The notes under the pieces: model-generated
Told to the model about the DNA's origin: nothing
What the model saw: only the letters and a program-made list of their open reading frames with translations
Database searches by the model: none
Part shown: positions 48,701 to 56,710 of the stretch, one piece after another
Layout: each line of letters opens with the position of its first letter
Position numbering within the stretch: the stretch's first letter is position 1
Program-made: the position numbers and the translations under genes
NCBI GenBank assembly: GCA_965249825.1
Contig: CBDFMW010000002.1
Span: 98,644 to 162,643, forward strand
DNA: 64,000 bases
Direction: 5' to 3'
Origin: Spirochaetia bacterium
Lineage (GTDB): Bacteria; Spirochaetota; Spirochaetia; WRBN01

Positions 48701-51015
48701 TCGAAAGTTATGGTCGACTGGTTTTAATCACGCTCGATAAGACTCAACACGTGCTTAAGTATAGCAATTTTTTACCCACAGCTTCAGGTTGGATGCTGGA
48801 TGGTAATCGGTTGTATTTTAGCCCACTCGTCTATCGTGAGTTACGGCTTTATCGCTTGGATGCCTTTACTAAGCAAGTGAGCAGCCTTACCCCTACAATG
48901 GGTTTAATCTTAGCAACCTCCAAAGATAGCGAGAAAGATGAGCGGTTTGTGCTTTATATGAGTGTAGAGTCAATGCGTCTAAGCCCCCCACAAGGTGGGC
49001 AAGAGATGGTGCAACTCTTTGGGTTAGAAGAATATCTAACTGAGGGTATTCAAGCCCTGCGTATGGCGCAAGATAAGCGTAAAAAGCGGCTGTATTGGAA
49101 CCGTGTGGTTATTTTTGTTTATCCGCTTATTGAGGCTCCGCTTGAGATGTTAGAGGCTTATGCGCTAAAGCTTTGCCATAACATTTTAGACCCCAGTTTA
49201 GGGGTAGAGCGTGTGATTCTCCATGCTCGATTGAAAGGGTTAGGTGAGCGTGAATTGGTATTATCGCCTACCGCTATTGCAGGGCAGTTTACTTTTGAAA
49301 TTCGTGAGCCAAAAGTAAGTAGATTACGTCTACAAGATTCCTATGAAGTGAAGGTGATGAAGGCACACACTCGTGGGATGTTCTATCCCTACGAGCTGTT
49401 ACAAATGCTCAGTTTGGGTCAATTTGGCTTTGAGAGCAGCACTTTTACTGAGTATGATTTGAGTTATGATTGTGCCATTGGTTGCTGTGCAGTAGAACGC
49501 CCTTATGGGCAGAACAAGGCCCATATTGTGTTTGGTGTGATTGAAACCCTTCATTTAGGGCAAAACTTGAAACGAGTTATTATTCTTTCTGATGCAACGG
49601 CTGATATGGGATCTCTCGCTGAACCTGAATGTCGGCGTATCAATGCAGCCTTAGATTTGGCAAATGAGCTGGGTGTGCCTGTGGAGTGGTTGCCGTTAAG
49701 TTCTGGGGCTAAAATTACGATGGATAGTGGTACAGAGAATTTGGACTGGACCGCCCAGACTTTACGCCGCATTATTAACTTTACCCAAGATGGTGGGGAA
49801 ATTAATGTGATTGTGAGTGGAATTAACGTAGGTGCCCAGTCGTATTGGAACTCTGAGGCCACCATGTTGATGCACTGCCGTGGATTATTGATTATGACTG
49901 GACAGGGAGCTATGTTGCTCACCGGTAAAAAGGCTCTCGACTTTGCCGGATCAGTCTCGGCGAGCGATAACTTAGGCATTGGGGGTGCACAGGCTATTAT
50001 GTTACCTAATGGCGAGGCACAGATGTATGCTGCTACCGTAAAAGAGGCGTATCAGCTATTAATGCACCACTACCATACTTTTTATGCGCAGAAGGGGCAG
50101 CGCGTGTCTTCCATAATGACGCAAGACAGTTACGAACGTAATGTGGCCTTGTCACCCTATAAAGATCATTTGCAACAAGGTTTTAATTATTTAGGTGATA
50201 TTTTTAGTGCCGAATTTAATGGTGAACGGAAAAAACCCTTTGCTATGGCACAGCTGATGCAAGCCTTGTGTGACTCAGATTGCACGCCGCTTGAGCGAAT
50301 GGCGAACATGCGCGATGCCGAAACAGCATTGGTTTATCAAGCCCGCGTTGGTGGACATGCCTGTGGTTTGATTGGTATTGAGAGCCAAAGTTTGGTTAGA
50401 CATGGCTTGGTGTCCCATGATGGTCCTACTAGTTATGCAGGAGGAACATTGTACCCATTGTCCAGTAAGAAGATTGCACGTGCCATCAATATTTTTTCCG
50501 ACCGTGTGCCGTTAGTGGTTTTGGCTAATTTATCCGGTTTTGATGGGTCACCTGAATCATTGCGCAACCGCCAGTTAGAGTGGGGTGCTGAGATTGGTCG
50601 ATCGATGGTGAACTTTAAGGGACCTATCTTGTTTGTTGTTGTGGGTCGTTACCATGGTGGGGCTTATGTAGTTTTCTCTAAAATGCTGAACGAAAATATT
50701 CGTAGTTATGCCTTAGAGGGGTCGTTTGCTTCGGTTATTGGAGGGGCGCCTGCGGCTGCGGTTGTTTTCTCGGCTGAAGTGAACAAGCGCGTGTATGGTG
50801 ATGAGCGCTATAAAAAAGCTCAGCAGGATGGCAACACGCAGCCTGCTACACTGAGAGCGTTGTTCTCCGAGTTGCAACAAGAAAAGCGGCGAGAATTAGC
50901 CTTTGATTTTGACCAAGTGCACAGTGTGGAACGAGCACAACGGGTAGGATCAATTGATGAAATCATTTCACTTAGCGAATTACGTCAAAAGGTGGTAGAT
51001 TTTATCAAACCATAA
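45727..51015 (+). CDS. single-chain multidomain biotin-dependent acyl-CoA carboxylase (BC - BCCP - central - carboxyltransferase), eukaryote-type ACC architecture
   Basis: 1762 aa; ATP-grasp biotin carboxylase (EVNARLQVEHPITE), biotinyl-Lys motif EAMKMESPV, CT beta-like (IILSDATADMGSL...) and alpha-like (VVGRYHGGAYVV) domains. Confidence 0.8.
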   Translation: MMRNLLTQGMAIGIVNRGEAAFRFVRALKEYNLLHETQFKSVAFYIDSEREAVFVQEADEAYALSSFSAFSTVKGSPYLSYSLLLQALQQTGCGGCWAGWGFVSEDADFVQVLEENNIVFLGPTAHTINLVGDKISSKQLAHDSKTPICPWSQGPVGSLELAYQVADRIGYPVIVKASNAGGGRGIRFVFDQPMMAEAYASAVEETKRVTGNDLVFIERLVAQGHHFEVQALADYHGVIKTFGVRDCSVQRKNQKIIEETPPSQLEAEQLVEMQAAATRLLHEANYQGAGTVEFIYDMDHKEFYFMEVNARLQVEHPITEELFGIDLVGGQIDVARGLSIAHYNEQPLGHVMELRLNAEDPMRDFKPAGGKVTRFRPAGGIGVRIDSGIQAGSTIPPDFDSMVAKIIVRAASRPQALQRLKRAIQETVIEIEGGTTNRLFALHLLELPEMIKGGVSTRFVEEYLSTMEATACYAEPALAAAAAEIYLEKMAQERAVFTQEVLVLGVPRSLQKNDVQELSFVHQQALYQVQLRYLGNNEFCLTHQGLSHFFSYTHSQGQQAVLELNSTLYEIACSQVGGMLRIEVNQSEVHFIDSDFGGGLKASAPGLVLKVNVAEGQTVKKGELLLVMEAMKMESPVYAQVEGVINEIVVRAGQQVMSGQTLIKIESKEQAASTPMAKPTLFLIPSSMCIPLILEYQALFLGYDAHPSLVELVKMKAEDLETVLSYFAPIHQLFSTEPLVSVVGSASLSWADHLTSYAHSFDRAKVALPTLFEQKLNEVVVLYGVELSDESAQNEFLYRLYRAFLATKQQTQVVYALMVGVKNVDRQDNQRLRRLVGQLAVLVPELTTLARDFNYTFFIKKQLASAYNNKLMNFKRLLQITETYPQHRPQLLERALGYGVSSEYDLASRLFHKESCDLAQDVLVSRLYRHCQLELGAKTDTTLEFTYTSHEGRRLTGCLSHIATQLNSVQKYDALLLVSEREIGVEQLALTFESYGRLVLITLDKTQHVLKYSNFLPTASGWMLDGNRLYFSPLVYRELRLYRLDAFTKQVSSLTPTMGLILATSKDSEKDERFVLYMSVESMRLSPPQGGQEMVQLFGLEEYLTEGIQALRMAQDKRKKRLYWNRVVIFVYPLIEAPLEMLEAYALKLCHNILDPSLGVERVILHARLKGLGERELVLSPTAIAGQFTFEIREPKVSRLRLQDSYEVKVMKAHTRGMFYPYELLQMLSLGQFGFESSTFTEYDLSYDCAIGCCAVERPYGQNKAHIVFGVIETLHLGQNLKRVIILSDATADMGSLAEPECRRINAALDLANELGVPVEWLPLSSGAKITMDSGTENLDWTAQTLRRIINFTQDGGEINVIVSGINVGAQSYWNSEATMLMHCRGLLIMTGQGAMLLTGKKALDFAGSVSASDNLGIGGAQAIMLPNGEAQMYAATVKEAYQLLMHHYHTFYAQKGQRVSSIMTQDSYERNVALSPYKDHLQQGFNYLGDIFSAEFNGERKKPFAMAQLMQALCDSDCTPLERMANMRDAETALVYQARVGGHACGLIGIESQSLVRHGLVSHDGPTSYAGGTLYPLSSKKIARAINIFSDRVPLVVLANLSGFDGSPESLRNRQLEWGAEIGRSMVNFKGPILFVVVGRYHGGAYVVFSKMLNENIRSYALEGSFASVIGGAPAAAVVFSAEVNKRVYGDERYKKAQQDGNTQPATLRALFSELQQEKRRELAFDFDQVHSVERAQRVGSIDEIISLSELRQKVVDFIKP

Positions 51016-51115
51016 TACAGAGAGTTCAAATGGTGTGAATAAAAATAATTGGGCAGGGTGAAAACCCTGCCCAATTATTAAACTATATGAGTAGGCATCA
51101 CCGATACTCTTTATT

Positions 51116-52594
51116 ATGATGCGAAAAGAAATAGTGATATTAAGTCTTAGTGCCGTTCTTACTTATGGGCTTAGTGCTCAGGAAGAGGACTGGATTGATG
51201 CGTATGATTTCGAGGAAGTTCGGGATACGTTCCACACTGGCATTATGCCCGGTCCAGCTCCTAGTGGTGCTAGACGACTACCACCGCCTCCGCCACCTGT
51301 TGTGGTATCCACGCAAGACATTGCGGAGCCTACAAATGCCTTTATTGAGGAACCCTTCCTTGAGTTTGAGCCATTGGTAACCCCTGAAGAGTTCACTCCA
51401 ACGAGTGTTGATGAAGGCATTATTGTGGTGAGCGATAATGATGACTTGGATATGCCCCTGATTATTGTAGAGAGTGAACTAACCACGCCGCCACAGGGCG
51501 AAGTTTTTCAAATGGTTACCAGTACCCCAGCCTTACTTCATGCACAGCGACTTGAGAAGGCTAATCAGCCGGTACAGGCTCTAGCGGCCTATAACCGAGC
51601 GGTGATTTTAGCAGCCGAACAAAATGAGCAGGCTCAACTTGAGAGTGTGCTGGCACGGGCGTCATTTCACTTGCGCCAACATAATATTAAGCAGGCTGAA
51701 GCTGATTACCGCCGAGCCATGGAGCTGGTAGCGATTGAGCAGCGCCAATCGTTAGCCCATCAGATTGCCCTTGAGCTCTCACGGGCTGGTTTTTGGGCAG
51801 AGTCCTTACCATGGTACAGCCGACGTTTGGCGTTAGCACGCATGAACCCACAGGCTTATGTGGACAGAGCGTATGCTTACACTAAGTTAAATCAATACCG
51901 CTTAGCCTTAATGGACTACGATGCAGCGCTCGCCCTGCGACCCCAGGCGGAACTTGAGGCTCAAATACACTTCCAGAAGGCTCAGTTGTATGATGCCTTG
52001 GGGATGGTAAATCAAGCTGAAGCCTCCTTTGTGCAAGCCCCACGGGACACAACCTCGTTGCGTGTACGAGCTGATTTTTATCGCCGACAGGGCCAACATG
52101 ATCTTGTGACGGCGTTGTTGCAAGAGCAGGTGCGAGATGTGCCGGTTACGGCGAGCGATTTCGCTATGCGAGCAGAGTATCATGCGGCGGCAGGTAATTA
52201 TGAAGAAGCACGCCATGACTTTAATAGGGCTATTGCGATCTCAAGTCAAGAGCCTTCATTGTTTGCACGCCGAGCCCATTTTCATGTGGCACGAGGACAG
52301 TATGACTTAGCCTTACGGGATTACAATCATGCAGCAGCCTTAGCGCCAGATGCCGCCTACCGTTATGCTGATAGGGCAAGGTTATTGGTGCAGATGGGGC
52401 GTTTTAATGAAGCGATTGTGGATTTGAGCTATGCTATCGACTTAGAGCCAACGCGTGCATTTAGGTATAATGAACGGGCGCTTGTGTGGAAACAGATGGA
52501 GCGTTTAGATAATGCTAACGATGATTTTGCACGAGCCTTACAGTTAGACCCTTCTAATATCACAGCCCAGCAAGGGCTAGTAGGCTTGCGCTAA
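51116..52594 (+). CDS. secreted TPR-repeat protein with poly-Pro tract
   Basis: Signal peptide, PPPPPPVVV, multiple 34-aa TPR-like repeats. Confidence 0.6.
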   Translation: MMRKEIVILSLSAVLTYGLSAQEEDWIDAYDFEEVRDTFHTGIMPGPAPSGARRLPPPPPPVVVSTQDIAEPTNAFIEEPFLEFEPLVTPEEFTPTSVDEGIIVVSDNDDLDMPLIIVESELTTPPQGEVFQMVTSTPALLHAQRLEKANQPVQALAAYNRAVILAAEQNEQAQLESVLARASFHLRQHNIKQAEADYRRAMELVAIEQRQSLAHQIALELSRAGFWAESLPWYSRRLALARMNPQAYVDRAYAYTKLNQYRLALMDYDAALALRPQAELEAQIHFQKAQLYDALGMVNQAEASFVQAPRDTTSLRVRADFYRRQGQHDLVTALLQEQVRDVPVTASDFAMRAEYHAAAGNYEEARHDFNRAIAISSQEPSLFARRAHFHVARGQYDLALRDYNHAAALAPDAAYRYADRARLLVQMGRFNEAIVDLSYAIDLEPTRAFRYNERALVWKQMERLDNANDDFARALQLDPSNITAQQGLVGLR

Positions 52595-52625
52595 GGTCTG
52601 TGCGATTTGAATTCAGTGATGCACC

Positions 52626-54290
52626 ATGAGTAGAAGTCCTTATCCCGGTTATCTTCGTAGAAAGAGCAAGCGCTCGGTTTTACCACGCCTGCTCTTTCTA
52701 GGTGGATTTTTGTCTATTTTAGTACTGTTTATGGTGGCACAGCTTAGTGCTCGCACGCATAGGGTGAATGAGAGTGAAACCTTGTATAGCCTGAGTAGGC
52801 GATTTGGCGTATCCGTAGAACAAATTCAAGTAGCTAATGACCTTGTGGGAAACCATATAAAAATCGGGCAAACGCTTATCATTCCAGAAGGTTTTTACAT
52901 TGTGGTGGAGGGCGATAGTTTAGCTTTGGTTGCTCAAAAAGCGAAAGTGGACTTGCAGAAACTGCGTAAAATCAATCGGCTGAGCGAAAATTCTACATTA
53001 AAAGAGGGGCAACAATTGATTTTACCCCAAGATGTGGGTGTTCACCAGTCCCATACAGTGGAGATGGGGCAGACTTTGTCCTACATTAGCTTGCTTTATG
53101 ATATTTCTCAAGACGATTTGATTCTCTACAATGACTTGGAAAGTAAGACGCTAAAGGTGGGGCAACGCTTGGCACTCACGCCCAACCGCCCGCTTGCTCA
53201 TTTGGTTTTGATGGGTGAAACGCTATACAGTTTAGCACGTCAATACAACTTAAGCGTAGATCAACTTATGCAATATAATGCACTCAATACCGATAAAATA
53301 GTAGCGGGACAAAAACTTTATCTCTATAATCCCAGCTTGAATGAGTTTTCATCAACGCATCCGGACTTGTCAACTCTTCTAGAGCCTGAGAACGAACCGT
53401 TTTTAGAACCTTTGGTAGAAATTGACAAGATGCGCTTGGCATACTTTCAGCCCTCTCAGCTGTATTTCAGCCGGCAACCTCGATTTAATGCTCAGCCCAG
53501 TGCTAACTATGCTGAACCACAACCAGAGAGTTATGAGCAGGATTATAAAGAAGCCTTTGCCTTGATGACGAAGTTTAAAGGAGATGTGGCCCAGTTGTCG
53601 CCACTTAGCACCGTGTTGGCAGGCTATAAAATTGTGTTAGATCCTGGACATGGAGGGCTAGACCCAGGAGCTTTGGCGACAGTGGTTGTTGAGGGTCAAA
53701 CGTTGCACATGGTGGAGGATGAGTATGTTTATGACATCGCTGTACGCCTTTACACCCTTCTTGCGAGGCATGGAGCTGATGTTGAGTTGACTATTTTAGC
53801 TCCTAACCACACAATCCGAGATAATGGTCCATTAGAGAGTTTTGTGAACCAAAAAAATGAAGTTTACAATGACGCAACTGCCACACGTCGTCCAGTAGGG
53901 GGGCCTGAAGGGCTGAAGCAACGGGTGGAAATAGCTCGGACATTTTATAAAAAGAGTGAGAAAAGTAAGCGCATTTTTATGAGTTTACATGCTGACTCCG
54001 AGATGCCTGGGGTGCAGGGTCTTGTGCTGACCGAGGTGAATCCGTCTTCTAGCAGCAAACGACTTGGTAATCATGTTATTGAAGCGATGGGTAGGGGACA
54101 GCAACGTGAAGGGGAGTACATCGTTTTGATGAACAACCCTGCCTCCGCAGCTGTTTTAGTTGAAGTGCGTAGTATCGGGCAGTCCGAGGCCGCTCTGTTA
54201 CTTGATGCGGCACAACGGCAAAAAGATGCGGAGAAGTTGGTAGAAGCTATTTTAGCGTATGCAGCAAGTGAGGAAAAAAATGAACAGTAA
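52626..54290 (+). CDS. N-acetylmuramoyl-L-alanine amidase (Amidase_3) with four LysM domains
   Basis: TM anchor, four LysM repeats (YSLSRRFGVSVEQI etc.), C-terminal DPGHGGLDPGA amidase_3. Confidence 0.8.
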   Translation: MSRSPYPGYLRRKSKRSVLPRLLFLGGFLSILVLFMVAQLSARTHRVNESETLYSLSRRFGVSVEQIQVANDLVGNHIKIGQTLIIPEGFYIVVEGDSLALVAQKAKVDLQKLRKINRLSENSTLKEGQQLILPQDVGVHQSHTVEMGQTLSYISLLYDISQDDLILYNDLESKTLKVGQRLALTPNRPLAHLVLMGETLYSLARQYNLSVDQLMQYNALNTDKIVAGQKLYLYNPSLNEFSSTHPDLSTLLEPENEPFLEPLVEIDKMRLAYFQPSQLYFSRQPRFNAQPSANYAEPQPESYEQDYKEAFALMTKFKGDVAQLSPLSTVLAGYKIVLDPGHGGLDPGALATVVVEGQTLHMVEDEYVYDIAVRLYTLLARHGADVELTILAPNHTIRDNGPLESFVNQKNEVYNDATATRRPVGGPEGLKQRVEIARTFYKKSEKSKRIFMSLHADSEMPGVQGLVLTEVNPSSSSKRLGNHVIEAMGRGQQREGEYIVLMNNPASAAVLVEVRSIGQSEAALLLDAAQRQKDAEKLVEAILAYAASEEKNEQ

Positions 54291-54621
54291 AGAAAAAGTG
54301 CTAGCGCAGTTGCCCAAAGAAGGGTTTATTCGGGTGGGGCAGGTGCCTGATAGCCTTAATATATCAGATAAAGATCGTATTTTACTCATAAGAAAAGGCA
54401 ACGCTCTTTTAAATGCAGGGCGACTTGCCCAAGCTAAGCAGATATTTGTAACCATCAATGCGAAGGATGGTATGGTTCGCGTGGGCGATGCTTATCACAA
54501 AGATAACCAGTTTATTGAGGCTTTAGTTTTATTTAAACTGGCAGGTGATAAGGAGCGTGTAGACGAGTTATCAATACGAATGGCGGCAGCTTTAAGTGAA
54601 TGGATTAATGAGGAGAAATAA
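54280..54621 (+). CDS. hypothetical protein
   Basis: ORF with GAGGA RBS at second Met; overlaps amidase 3' end. Confidence 0.35.
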   Translation: MNSKEKVLAQLPKEGFIRVGQVPDSLNISDKDRILLIRKGNALLNAGRLAQAKQIFVTINAKDGMVRVGDAYHKDNQFIEALVLFKLAGDKERVDELSIRMAAALSEWINEEK

Positions 54622-55200
54622 ATGAAATTTTTGGTAATAGTATTTTTAAGTGTAGTTGCTTTTCATCTGACGGCGGCGCCCCAATGGCAAGATTTTGTGT
54701 TAGCTGCGGCTTTTAAATTGGTGTCGACAGATCAATCAGTGGGGGGAGGGCAACGCTTTACCCGCGATTGTTCAGGTACCGCCAACGCCATTTTTGCTGA
54801 GGCGGGGTTTCCTTTACGTTCATATTTAGTAAAGGCGGCGAAACCTGGGATGAATGGCACAGCAATCATTCATGCAACTAGCACCCCTGTGGTGGTGAGT
54901 AAGGTGATGCCAGGTGATTTTGTGTTTTTTAACAACACCTATGACCGCAATGGCAATGATAAAAGTGATGATGTGCTGACTCATGTGGGTATTGTAACAG
55001 CGATTGACCACAAAACAGGTGAGGTGAAGTTTGTTCATTACAACACATGGAAGGACAAAATTGTGGAAGAACGCTTGAATGTGAAGCAACCAGCATCAGC
55101 CGAACTGAATATTGTGTTGAGATGGCCCAGCAAAAACGACCCTCAACAAGATCGGTATGCTGGGCAATTAATACACAGCTTTGGGCGAGCTCCGGTTTAA
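54622..55200 (+). CDS. secreted NlpC/P60 (C40) family peptidase
   Basis: Signal peptide; catalytic Cys RDCSGTANAIF and His THVGIV. Confidence 0.65.
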   Translation: MKFLVIVFLSVVAFHLTAAPQWQDFVLAAAFKLVSTDQSVGGGQRFTRDCSGTANAIFAEAGFPLRSYLVKAAKPGMNGTAIIHATSTPVVVSKVMPGDFVFFNNTYDRNGNDKSDDVLTHVGIVTAIDHKTGEVKFVHYNTWKDKIVEERLNVKQPASAELNIVLRWPSKNDPQQDRYAGQLIHSFGRAPV

Positions 55201-55628
55201 CTTAGATCCTTGAAATAGCTACCGCCAGTATCAGCTGCCACCGTGTTTTGATAGGCGATAGCTTCGATTTCCACTAACCCGCCTTTTGGCAGTTTGGCTA
55301 CTTGAACGGCACTACGTGCGGGGTAATTGTCCGTAAAAAATGAAGCATATACCTCATTTACTACGACAAAGTCGTCCATGTTAGCTAAAAAAACGGTGGT
55401 TTTAATCACGTTTTCAAGAGAGGAGTTGGCGGCCTCTAGTACGGCTTTTAGGTTTTTAAGAGCTTGTTCAGCTTCGGCTTTAACACCGCCTGCAACAAAT
55501 TCTCCAGTTATGGGGTTCATACCCAGCTGTCCACTGGTAAAGACAAGTTGGTCAAACTTCATACCCTGACTGTAAGGACCGATGGCGGCAGGAGCCTGCA
55601 TTGTGTGAATAATTTCTTTTTTTATCAT
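55197..55628 (-). CDS. ridA: RidA/YjgF family reactive-intermediate deaminase
   Basis: APAAIGPYSQG ... VFLANMDDF ... ARSAVQVAKLP. Confidence 0.85.
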   Translation of the reverse strand: MIKKEIIHTMQAPAAIGPYSQGMKFDQLVFTSGQLGMNPITGEFVAGGVKAEAEQALKNLKAVLEAANSSLENVIKTTVFLANMDDFVVVNEVYASFFTDNYPARSAVQVAKLPKGGLVEIEAIAYQNTVAADTGGSYFKDLS

Positions 55629-55745
55629 AAAGTCATGATAGCATATTCTTATTGTTTTTGCAAAGTTAAAAAATCTATGATGTTGATTGACATTTTATGA
55701 TAAAGCGTTTATAGTGTAGATGAGTTTTAGGTTTGGAGGGTAATA

Positions 55746-55916
55746 ATGGCACAGGCAAGTAAGAATAGCCGTATTGGTTCAGGTGCACAAAAGTTTTTTT
55801 GTGGTTGCGGTGGTGAAGTGAAGATGCGTAGCATTTTCAAGATGGGGCGAATGACTCATCTGGCTGAGTGCGAAAAATGCAATCGCCAAGAGCGCCGACC
55901 TTCTGATTTTAGGTAG
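55746..55916 (+). CDS. small zinc-ribbon protein (56 aa, unlisted in ORF track)
   Basis: GGAGGG RBS; CGCGG ...(20)... CEKC four-Cys arrangement; immediately upstream of rpsT. Confidence 0.35.
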   Translation: MAQASKNSRIGSGAQKFFCGCGGEVKMRSIFKMGRMTHLAECEKCNRQERRPSDFR

Positions 55917-55940
55917 TATAATAATAGAAGAGGATAAAAT

Positions 55941-56201
55941 ATGCCCAATAATAAAAACGCTGAAAAGCGAGATCGTCAGAGTAAGGAAGCTCGTGTGAGC
56001 AATAGAAGTGCTAAGAGTGCCGTGAGGGGCTTAGTGAAGACTGTTGAGAAGGCTATTGATGCGTCTGAGAAACAAATGGCTATTGACAATGTTGGTAAAA
56101 TGATTAAGGGGTTGGATACAGCGGCACGCAAGGGCTTGATTAAGAAGAACGTAGCTGCGCGTAAAAAATCGCGACTGGTGAGAAAAATAAACGCAATGTA
56201 A
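55941..56201 (+). CDS. rpsT: 30S ribosomal protein S20
   Basis: MPNNKNAEKRDRQSKEARVSNRSAKSAVR basic helical S20 pattern. Confidence 0.85.
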   Translation: MPNNKNAEKRDRQSKEARVSNRSAKSAVRGLVKTVEKAIDASEKQMAIDNVGKMIKGLDTAARKGLIKKNVAARKKSRLVRKINAM

Positions 56202-56249
56202 TTGGTTTAACCTTGCGGGATAGTTGATTAATTGTGGTAGAGGGAAAGT

Positions 56250-56600
56250 ATGACTGGGGCTGATGACGTTGGTGTTTGTTCTAAAAAATTGACAAAGGCA
56301 GAAATTATTGAAAACATTGACGTTAGGTTGGGTTGTGAGTCTTCTTCTTTAAGTAAAAGCGACATCCATGCTGTGTTAGATGAGTTTTTTAATGAAGTGA
56401 AGAGTGGTTTGTCGTCTAATCGTGTTGTTGAGTTGAGAGGTTTTGGTACTTTTGAGTTGCGTTTACGCAAGGGGCGTGCTAAGGCTCGAAACCCAAGGAC
56501 GGGTGAGGCGTTGTCGGTTGAGAGTCATAGTGTGGCTGTCTTTAGACCCGGTAAAGATTTAAAGGAAAAGGTTTGGGCTTTAAAGCCATTGCTTGGGTAG
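56250..56600 (+). CDS. HU/IHF-family DNA-binding protein
   Basis: GFGTFELRLRKGRAKARNPRTGEALSVESHSVAVFRPGKDLKEKV. Confidence 0.75.
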   Translation: MTGADDVGVCSKKLTKAEIIENIDVRLGCESSSLSKSDIHAVLDEFFNEVKSGLSSNRVVELRGFGTFELRLRKGRAKARNPRTGEALSVESHSVAVFRPGKDLKEKVWALKPLLG

Positions 56601-56615
56601 TTGTTCATTTATTAA

Positions 56616-56687
56616 GGTCCCTTCGTCTAGTGGTTAGGACATGAGATTCTCATTCTTAAAACACGGGTTCAATTCCCGTAGGGACTG
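56616..56687 (+). tRNA. tRNA-Glu (anticodon CUC)
   Basis: GGTCCCTTCGTCTAGTGGTTAGGACA... T-loop GGTTCAATTCC, anticodon loop UU-CUC-AU, 4-nt variable loop. Confidence 0.75.
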
Positions 56688-56710
56688 TATCTATTTAAGG
56701 TTGTTACTTT

